Below, piece after piece: positions 12,840-23,100 of a stretch of 64,000 nt of DNA (positions are counted from its first letter, which is position 1; each line of letters begins with the position of its first letter). A program made the translations under genes and the position numbers. Source of the stretch: Tubiluchus corallicola (taxonomy: Eukaryota > Animalia > Priapulida); NCBI GenBank assembly GCA_030141605.1, contig JAQGDQ010000035.1, positions 310,001-374,000 on the forward strand, in the 5' to 3' direction. The notes under the pieces were generated by a model. That model was not told where the DNA came from. It saw nothing but the letters and a program-made list of their open reading frames with translations, and made no database searches.

Positions 12840-15800
12840 GCGTGTGCGTGTGCGTGTGCGTGTGTGTGTGCATCTGCGTGTGTGTATGTTGTTACTGGTG
12901 AAAATTTAGGAGAGGAAATGCTTTGCAGAAGTGGAGTGGAGAATGTTAGAAAGCTTTGTGAAATAAAAAAAGTACGATATAATCAAAGTAGGTGGATGAA
13001 GCCATGTAGGATTTCTCACAAGCACATTTGCTGTTCAGTAACTACTAACTCTCTGTTTTGTTAATTTTGATGATCCAATCCTGAGCTATTGGTGCATTAC
13101 AATGCAACATTCAAAATTCACAGGTTTTTCTTAATGCATAAATACATACAAAGAAAGCTTTGTACAGAAAACCAAAGAAATCTTCCAGTATGGTCTTGCT
13201 GAGCATAATAAACGGGAATCTGAAGTAAAGGAGTTTGATGAATGTTTAGGAGAGGCAAAGCGGGAAAACACGGGCATGTCTCGACAACTTGTAGACAAAT
13301 TCACAGAGGAAAAAAATGAGGTATATATAATTGTTTTTCCTGCATCAGCTTATTGTAATGAGAACTATATTCTCTTGTTATGCTTGTAATTCATGTTGAC
13401 CAGTTTATGATTATCCTACCACAATGACGTAATATAAAATTATACCAATTACTACAGTGAGTTAAGAATTTAAAGTGAAAGCTAAATCTCTAGGGAAGTT
13501 GAGCTGTTTTTAACGTTTGAGAAAAATGTTAGAAAGTTTCAGCAGTAAAACTGTGATGAGTGCTTCGGGTAATTAATAAAATAAATTCATAAATCACTTC
13601 ACACTTGGGCACTTTCACTTTAAACAAAAAATGGCGTCATCCAGTTACATATAAACACTTATCATGCCAGGTACTTTGGCAAACTTTTTTGTAGGTGCAC
13701 TTGTAACTGTCAACTATAAACAATCCAAAATGTTAAACAAGCACGATTAATACTATTTTTTGCTTTTTGATGAATCTTGTTGAATTTTGATGAAAGTTTG
13801 ATGAATCGTGCGCCTTATAATCAAAAGCAGTTATTGATCATAATATAATAACCAGGAATTAACCCCGACAAAGTAACAGAATAATTATTTCAACAAGATA
13901 AAAGTGAATTCTATAAACTAAGTAAACCACTCAGCACCTACTATATGCTGTCAGAATTGCATGCTTATCTGAAAGTCAAGAAAAATCTGTAATTTATGTA
14001 TGTACACATTGTACAGTACTTATACATTTTAAGGTACAATCTTGTGGATTAAAGCTATGTAAGCACTAATTGATCCACTGACTAATTTTTATATAAATGC
14101 AGTCAAACACAATGCTTGTTTCTGAATGAACACCAGAAGTTTTGCTATACATACCTTTACGCTGCATTTACGCTGTCCACCAACTAGGAGAGATACGAAT
14201 GATTCAAATTCTTTTGCATTTTTAAACAAGGCATTTGGCTAGCTTTTCCTTTGAATACTTTGAAAGTTCTGGATACTCACTTTTGAAATCCACTGGTTCC
14301 TCTGAATTAACCACATAGACTTCTTTTCTAGGCTTCAGAAGTCTTAGAATCACATGGACATTTAGACACATAGAGTAAACTGATTATTATTAACAATGTG
14401 GTACAATACAATAGCATGCACATCAGCTAATCCCAAAGAAGTCTGAGAATGGAACATTTGAAAATACAGTTTTCCTCATAACTCTCTACTCACAAATTTA
14501 CCTCAGATGATGTTAGAGAACAATATTTTTATGTAGTTATTTCCGGACATGCTGAATGTAGCAGATTCGGCTGAACTGGACAGATTAACCGACATTTATA
14601 CGGAGAAGGGTTCGGCTTTGAGCAGTCAACTCACTTGGCTTGAAGTACAGCTGAGTGATCAACTTGAGGTGGGTTTCTTTGCAACATTGTTCTTCATAAG
14701 AGTGCTAGGTAGTAACTGTTTGGTGTTTTATTGATCTAGAGCATTGACAGGAGCTAGGACATGGTAGTTTATTTGTACCTGCAGTTTAGATTTGCATTTC
14801 CAATTGATACTTTAATAAAAATACCATAATCTCTAGGACACTATTAAAGAATTTGAGCGCAACATGATAGAGATGATCGGTGTTTTCTGTGAACAACTAC
14901 GCGGGATGTTTGTAGAATTACGAGCTTTAGAAAACAAGCACCATGAATCTGTGGCAGGTCTTTGTGTAACCTTGCTGAATTGTTTAGTAACTAACAAACC
15001 AGAAGTGGAAGAACTGAGCGAGGATTTAAAGATGGTGAGTTTTTCTTGTTTTTAACAAGGTTGTGAAAAGTAATAACTTAAAATTCCATGATACATGTGA
15101 TAGTAATACGCATGAGTAATACTGTACAGAGATAAAATTCTTCTAAATGATATGCAAGAGGACTAGCATAGGTACTACTGCACATACCCTAAATAATTTT
15201 TTATTTTTTCAGCCATGTTTCATAACTGCTAAGCCTCCCATTTTTTATACATGTAATTCCAAAATGTAGATTTTCCCTGTCATTGGTTGTAGTACACTGG
15301 CGTTTTGTACAAACTTAAATTCACAATCTGCATTGGTAATGCCCATTACTTCTACAGACTCAATTCTTTTTAGCTGTATTACCAGGTTTATACAACTTCA
15401 GTCAATTGTACTATGATCAAAGTAAAGTTCAAGGTTATAACTGCTATATTACTAACTTCCTGTTGACAGTACTACTAACTAGTGGTGATGCAGACATCAA
15501 CTCTGAATCCCTGAATTCCCCTGGAGGACAACTTTTCAGCTTCAGTGTGTCACATACTACATATCTGTACTCGGGGCCATCTTAATAGTATTATAGGCCC
15601 CCCCGGCAAAGCAGTGCAATGGGTCCCCTGCCTACACAACCACTCAGAGGAATATAGATATAAATAGTCCATAAAATTAAACGTATATTTATTCTATCGT
15701 TACTGCTGACAAAAATAGTGTTTAAACATGCGCTGTACAAACAACATGTTGTACAGCAAAGATTAATCATCACAAACGTTTTGACATATAAATGAGACCT

Positions 15801-16481
15801 TATTGGTAAACCACACAAATGGGGATTGTGATTGGTAAACAATAACAAATGTTTATAGTTTAGCATGGCATAATATTTATTTATTGACAGCAAATCACAT
15901 AAATAGATTAGCTTGAGGGCCCTTATGCTCGCTCCCCCCCCCCTCCGGGCAACCGTCCAGGGTATCACATCAGTTTGCTACCTCCACTGGAGAAAAAAAT
16001 GCATATAAAGCATTTATTTCCGTGCTTAGTAAATAGTAACTAGATCTGTTTTAATATGCAGTTGTTTGTCGACAAAGATGCTGTGAACAATGCCAGGAGT
16101 GCGTCACATGAATTACACATTCAGGTAATAGATGCTAAAGAAGAAGCTATGATTAATGGTGCTCAGGACTGGTTAACAAATTTGGTCAGCAGGTGAGTGG
16201 TTAATAGAGGTAATCTACTGTTGAAGCTGAATACTGTCTTCCACGTTTAAGTTTTTCATTACCAGGTATTTCCATATCTAACAGTGCTATGGCATTCTTG
16301 CAAAATGTAACATTAAGCAGAAGATCATTAATTGAAGTCATGCCTCTCATAGGAAATAATGCAAAAGCATAGAAGTGCATTTCAGGACCAGAAATTACGT
16401 AGTGAAACTTTGAGCTCCGCACTTTTCTCCATTTCATATCTCCCTCTGTCTCTCTCTCTCTCTCTCTCCCTCCCTCCCTCC

Positions 16482-16514
<33 letters not shown>

Positions 16515-16746
16515 ACTGCCCCTCCTTTCTCTGTGTGTCTCCTTGTCCTCCTCTCTCTCAGTAATTTATTTAAGTTAGTCATGTATCCTAGGCATTTTAT
16601 AGAATACCGTAAAATCATCCACTTTCAGAGCACATGAAGAGGAAAGGAAAAGAAGTCGTCAGCGCATCTTGGAAATATCACACTTTGTCGATTATCAGCA
16701 AGAAGAGCTTGAGAATTTCGAAATAGAGACAGAAGCACATCACTAG
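4444..16746 (+). CDS. DRC3: Dynein regulatory complex subunit 3 (LRRC48), 11 coding exons, 527 aa
   Basis: Exons: 4444-4609, 5130-5246, 5357-5523, 6783-6929, 7920-8039, 12205-12317, 13146-13320, 14537-14668, 14837-15034, 16062-16192, 16629-16746 (1584 nt, one open frame). Translation [108 protein letters not shown]..SHELH matches DRC3 (LRRs followed by coiled coil). All introns are GT-AG except one AT-AC. Confidence 0.95.
5781..6504. mobile_element. Tc1/mariner (Tigger/pogo-like) MITE in a DRC3 intron
   Basis: Imperfect terminal inverted repeats TAGTAAGTCCTCGCTTAACGA (5781) and TCATTAAACGATGATTTACTG (ends 6504). A TA precedes the left end. No coding capacity. Confidence 0.55.
7394..7810. mobile_element. 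MITE with perfect 19-bp terminal inverted repeats
   Basis: AATAAGCCTTTTCACAGTT (7394) versus AACTGTGAAAAGGCTTATT (ends 7810), plus an internal inverted match GGTCAAAGGTTAAGTGAG / TTCACTTAGCATTTGACC. Confidence 0.7.
9321..11788. mobile_element. About 2.5 kb non-autonomous foldback-type DNA element with long inverted arms
   Basis: 9321-~9660 is the diverged reverse complement of ~11440-11788 (ORFs 9270+ and 11549- translate to near-identical peptides, e.g. ISDDRG..GAY..GSTNFQV.LVGG). ~10160-10300 is the reverse complement of ~11190-11330. Confidence 0.75.
12318..13145 (+). other. U12-type (minor spliceosome) AT-AC intron of DRC3
   Basis: The 5' end ATATCCTTTT is the U12 consensus. A branch-point-like TTTTCTTAAT (13126-13135) lies about 10 nt before the terminal AC (13144-13145). 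Removal restores ..ELVDS-YKESF.., collinear with vertebrate ELLET-YKDKF. Confidence 0.9.
12795..12885. repeat. (TG)n/(TGCGTG)n microsatellite
   Basis: Directly visible. Confidence 0.95.
15571..15989. mobile_element. Probable hAT-like MITE remnant
   Basis: GC-rich ends (GGGGCCATCTTAAT..GGCCCCCCGGCAAAG; GGGCCC..CCGGGCAACCG..CCTCCACTG) around an AT-rich core, typical of small non-autonomous hAT elements. TIR/TSD are degenerate. Confidence 0.35.
16439..16559. repeat. (CT)n-rich microsatellite
   Basis: Directly visible; it is the source of spurious ORFs 16359+ and 16382-. Confidence 0.95.
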
Positions 16747-17158
16747 TTTATAGCTTCACCTATAATGCATATCAATGTTTGCAGCAATGCATATATATAT
16801 TTATACTATGTAGTCTAGAACTGGAATGACAGGCAAAATGTTCCATGTGTATCACTTCATTTGCACTGGCATACGTCGTGTTTATAAATGTATTTATTTT
16901 ATTTTACTTAACTTACTAGTGAAATTATCTAATTTTGGATTGCTCATTACTTGCTGAACTACCTGGCACATTATAAAACTAGGCACCTGCACAATACAAA
17001 TCCAAAGCTCAGTTAAAAGATACTTATAACACCAGAGGTTTTATAACATTTTTTTAAAACAGACTAGTTGTATTTGTGATACGTGCTGTATTTTGCAAAA
17101 TGAGGAGACATTATATAAACTTTATACAATTTGTTGATAGTTTAAACTCTAGACTCTG

Positions 17159-20100
17159 TTAAGAGACACCGGTCTTCTTGCGAGTGAGGAAACACTCAGA
17201 GCAAAGATGAACAAATAAAACAGCGGCAGCTACTCTTGCTTGCACTTCTGTTTTATCAACTTCATGAGCCCATTCTACCTTGCCCCATTTTGTTATCTGT
17301 TAAAAGAAGAAATTCAACAACATGTAAGTAAAATGTCATATTATCAAAGCTGAATAGATAGATAACTTAGTAATATTAGAGTTCGTGTAAAAATTACTTA
17401 GACATAAAATGTGATTACTTTTTATTTTTGGCAGTTTTACAATAAATGACCCCACACTTTCCAGCAACAGAATTAATCATTACTGTAGTAAACTGATGTC
17501 ATATTAAATCCCGTTCAGTAACATGCCACCATGCGTAGTTCATGTCGCAAGAAAAGCTGGTACAAGTGAGCATAATGTAATATATGTCGAAAACTTTTCT
17601 TTTTCTTAATAAAAATTTTTTACCACAGGGCAGTTGTTAATAATTTGTTTGTAGCACTAAAATATATTGACTTTGACTTTGGTCTGTTGTGTTTGCATTA
17701 TGTCTGAAATGACAGGAGTAGGCTGAACAATAGTGCAAAGAACTTCTGTGTTGGCACATCTTGGACAAAACCCCCAAAAGAGTTAATGATATTCTATAAT
17801 TGCAAACAATTATTTAGCTGAAACTTTAGAAACATGCATTTATGGGCATGCATTGCAATGAAAAAGTGTGCAGTATATCCTAAAAACCAACAACAGCCTT
17901 GGTCTCTCACTACACCTGATTTGCAACATCAGGCACACAAATCTAGGTGAAGAATGACAGTCCATGTTTGACAATCTAAAGCCAGATATTTACTGCACCA
18001 GTATCTGTGTTCAAATACAAGGAACACAAGATGTTTGACCATCGCTTGGTCGTCTTCTGCCAATGTATGACTAACTATTCAATTAAAGCTAACTAGACCT
18101 CGAAAAGCAGCCAGAGAGTCCTGTTCGAATGGAACGTAGCTCAAAAAACCCTGACATGAATGGGATAAGAACCCCTGAATCGGTAGGCCAAGTGCCATAC
18201 CTCTTGACTATCATACTTTTCCCTAACCAAGCATGGAGCACAAAAACTAATAAAACAAAACTTACTTGAAATTCTAATTCTAGTCTTGATAAGTAAACGG
18301 CTGTTTCCACAGATAAATGCTTGTCGATTACAGCTAATGCAAGTATCAATGACTTTAATGTTTCTACTGCATGCTGAATGCCTTTAAAAAAATATGACAA
18401 AATAATTCAAGGCTTTTGAAAAAAAGCAAAAGTTTGAACTTGGGGTTTTTTAAAATTATAAAAGCATTTCCTACTACAGAAATAATAGAATGTAAAATTG
18501 TATGCATTTGAACTGTATTAATGCATTCTTTTTTCAAGAGAAATTTGCTAATACTTAAATCAAATTACTTAATGAATACATGATATCAAAAACTCACCAA
18601 CTAGTGACCAGTCATTATAAGTAAGTAAATGACGATTTAACACTACAGTGGTTTTCTCTGGTATTACAAGCTCATGAAGTCCCATTGTAGGTTCTATTTC
18701 CACACCATACCTAGCACAATGAATGTACTATAGTTTAAAACTTATTTCCTATTCCTGCTTCAAGCATAGCGTACAATTAACTATACTTATGGATTAGTCT
18801 CTAGAGGGCGTCAATATTTTAATAATCAATGGTATGTATTTTGAAGAGATAATTATTTTGTTTTAGAGAAATTATGCTAAGATACTATGAAAAGAAATCT
18901 GGTTCATCTTGTTATCAATTGTAGAAAATGGAGAACTGCTAAACCCTTGTTTATACTAGTACACTGCAAAAAACAAATACTACTTAATGGAAAAGATATT
19001 GAAAATATTTTTCCGTTAGATTTCTTTACTAAAATATGACAGTAATCAGAGAGAAAACAAAAAAATTGTTGTTCCATTTCTTGATCATTAGGAATTCTTC
19101 CTCTTTTGCATATCTTGAAGCTAATATACATATATAATAAAATGGGCAAAAAAAATAAGCAAAGCATTCATTTTACCTTGTGCAAAACCAATTCAGCAGT
19201 GGGTTCCAATGATCACACAAAAACCTCTGCAACTCTAGTGGCTCATCATGCCTATAACTGAAGAGAACACAAATAGTGTCAAAGAATTAGAAACTACTGT
19301 AATAGTAGAACTTTAGACAAATATATTAACAACAGCACGAAAGAATTTTATGATAAATTGGCATTCAATTGCTGACTGCAAAGTAATTAAATGAAAAACA
19401 AGTTAGCAGCTTTATATTATCTAACTCGTATTTTATATCATAGTCTACCACAAGGGTAAAATTCAGATGTTGTGTGTGTTGCCTTGTGAACTCGCAAAGT
19501 ATATTAACAATGTAATAATGGAAAGTACAAAAAAAAAACAAATACACTGTAAAAGCAATGACGTAAACATAATTTTTGGCTACTATCATTTAAACGTAAA
19601 ATTTTGTGGCCTCTGGATACACCTTTATTATATTATTTAGTGTAATTTTAGAACTGGCAAGTCATTTGAGGCATCGACATAATATGGTAATCGTTTCCTA
19701 CAATGAAATGCAAAAAATATGCATGTTAAAACTCAAAAACTGACTCAAAGAAAGTACATATACTGGCAATTACATCCCCTGATCTCCACTACAAAATTCG
19801 TGCACTCCAGACTTCATCCTTGCATCTTTGCATGACTATCTCAACCCTGGGTTGAAAATTTCACATCACTATCACAGCCTGTCACCCGTTAGCTGTAGGA
19901 GTTGCTTTTTGCAACCTAGGACCACTGCTAGTATAGCAAGCACCATGAGTTTGAATTTAGACCACTGCTATAAAATAGATTTAGCTTACCATATTGTATC
20001 TGTGCACAGAAATTCTAATACATGATTAGCGATCTGTTCCCTTGACCTTCGGGTGGGATTGTCGATGACTGTATTGCACAACTGAGTCTGTAAAAAATCA

Positions 20101-23100
20101 AAAAAAGGAAAAAATTATTGGAAGTGAACTTCTCATGTCACTGTTTTAGTTAACAGCAGACTAAGATAGAAAACTGCATTTGATAATGTTATTATTTCAC
20201 TTTTATTATTTCAAATTGCACTCTTTCCATCATTGTTTCTTGTTTTCCATTCACTAAGAGTTTTTTCCTTAATTTCATCCATAACTGAGTTGGACAACAA
20301 CAACTAAGACTAAATCATGTTTTTCAGTGAAGATAAACATGTTAATAAAGAAAGCACTTCTCAAAATACAGCCAAAGCCTAATATAAATGTATGCAATGT
20401 TCAGCAAATCAGATAGTGTAAGTGCTTAGTTTAGTGTAATTAGTCTGTGTTGAGACTAATTTTAAAATCAACTTTTCAAGGTGCACTATCAAAATTTTAG
20501 TCTGTGTTAAACTAATATTCCACACAAACTAATTTCATAGAATTTTTTTCATTTCAGCATGAGTTTATTTTCAATGAAATTCAAGTGACAGCAACAATGT
20601 TTTGGCTTTCAATCAGAATCTTCTTCACCAGACTCAAACTCAGAGCTAAATGTTTCTGCATCAACCAGCTTGCCATTGAACTATTCGTTGGTATTTTTCC
20701 ACGATATCCTGTGATACCGGGTACACTTGAGTTGTATTCTATTTGCCATCCGCATCCTGTGCCAAGCTGTGCATGTCACTGGCTTCCTGGCCAATAGTCA
20801 TGCCATATTCTGCAGAGGTGCCAGATTGCATAATCCTCTGTTTCATGTGCTCAAGATCTGTGCTGCACAGCTCTACATAGATTATTTTCAAAACGCAGGC
20901 TAATTTAATACAGGAAAAAGATACAAAAAGTGCACTTTAAAATTAGTCTGTGTGAGACTATTTTTCCACACAGACTAATTACACCAAACAGTGTAGCATA
21001 ACAAATCACAAATTAAGAAATATTGGTTGACAAATAGATTAAACAATGTATTTAACTAACACATTCTACTACATTTCATACAGTACTATCATGATAAATC
21101 ATGGGCCCGCAATCATAATTATTGTTGCATATAGAAATTACATTATATTTAAATTAGTTTTACAAAATTTGAAATTGATGCTCATGGTTGACGATTCCTC
21201 TGCTAGAAAATTACTTGCATTTTTCGTTTCTAATGCTTTATTCTATTACAAATTGTTCACCATATGCATTTGTTCACGAGCAATCCTTTCCTTCTGAGCA
21301 TCCCATTCTGTAGCCACAGCAACAGCTAAAGGTTCATTTGGAACGGCAAAAACAGTTCCCAAAGGAGTGCGAAGCTTCCGTTTATCAAGATTTATTTCAT
21401 AGCCTCCTAAACAAAGCATAAATCATTAATTTGAAAAGTTATCTGAGTGATATCAAATTTTCAAAATCAAAACACTGCACCCACCCCCATTTACTGATAT
21501 GTAGAAGTACATTAGTAAGATGCTCTGACAATTCCACATTGCTAACAGAGAAACACAGGCCTGTATGGTATGTAATGTATTTAGTAAGAACTGATACCTA
21601 GTAAAGTTGATAATGTCCTGTTATATGGAAAGCAAGCAGGCGATAGATTCTATCATTATCCTTCACAGTATTATTAGACTACGCATGGCTACTCACTATA
21701 TAATAAATGTGACACAAAGAAACAAGTAATCATTTAAGTCTTACATCTTTGGTAAAAAAAACATAAAATTCTCGCATTAAAATAATATGTATAAAATTTT
21801 ACCACTGGCTGACTGGGTTATCGAAACATTCCTGTAGAAACGCTTTGGTTTGTCTGAAAGAATAATAACCAGTAACTGCCATATAATTGGATACATGACT
21901 CAAAAGTTTTACAGATATTCCAGTCTTACAATTAAAAGCTCTTATAACAGCAATTCTGTTTACCTATTAAAAATGGTGCCAAGACCTAGTTTTAAACAAG
22001 GTGTAGCATATAGCACCACAATATATAGCAAAAGTGATGAAAAAGACATGTATTATCACTAATAATAATAATGCATGAAGCAGCAATACACAGTATGTAT
22101 GCTGGGTCAATTGTCACATATATTACATGAATGTTACATACATAACATCATTGTACATGCACTGCGCAAAAACACACAACAGCATCAAACAGTTACTAGA
22201 TAGCAGTAATGGCAGTTAAAATAATTTATTAAACAATCTACAGGTGACACACTTACCACAGTTATTTGATTCCAGTAGTGTTCTTTCATCAGTTTTAATA
22301 ACTAGCTGGAGCTTTTTTATACCGTGACATTCCTTATATATAACAAAGCTTACAACTCCTAATTCACAACTGCAGTTCTGCAAGCAGCATGCCCAAAACA
22401 TTTTGAATTTCAAGCTAAGAAACAGATGCACTTTTTTATACAATCCGAGCCTGCTCAATATAGATGGTTGAGGTGGGATCAACAGAAGAAGTATCTTAGC
22501 CAGGTTCTTATGTACGTGCATCCTCCCTCTACGATATAAATAACCACAATCAGCAAGGCACGTATACTTCCCTGAGTGAGTATTTTGAAGATGATCACTC
22601 ATTCATTCACTGACCTAACTTCAGTCACCTGTGTGTTTTGTAACCAAATTTTGACCTCCATACTGTGTAATACAAAGTTTAAGCCTAGTCAACATGAACA
22701 CGATTTCCAAAATCGGAAAAATGTCAGGATAGATGAAAAAATGGATACCATGTTTTCCTTTTTCAAAATTTTGACAACCTACAACTGAATTTTTGTGTGT
22801 GCACGTATCTTACACTGCAACAGTTCTTTGTGTGCCAAACTGCATTCTCTTACTTAATTTGGACATAATTTAAATTGCAGCATTGTTTCTCACATTAAAT
22901 CAGTTATATTCTGATATTAACTGTAATTTCGATTAATTTAGTTAAACGTTTATTTTACTGCAAAGTTATGAAAACATCAAATGTCTTTCTTTCACTACAT
23001 CTCTCCTCTCCCTATGCTCTTTTGCTATTTCTCCTCTCGCTGTTTTTGCACTTTCTGTTTTTGTTCTTTCTCGCTCATTTTGCTAATTTCCTCTCTCTTA

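Noticed and set aside
22216-22602. 128-aa Cys/His-rich ORF as a zinc-finger gene
   Set aside because: There is no proper C2H2 or RING spacing and no recognisable homology.
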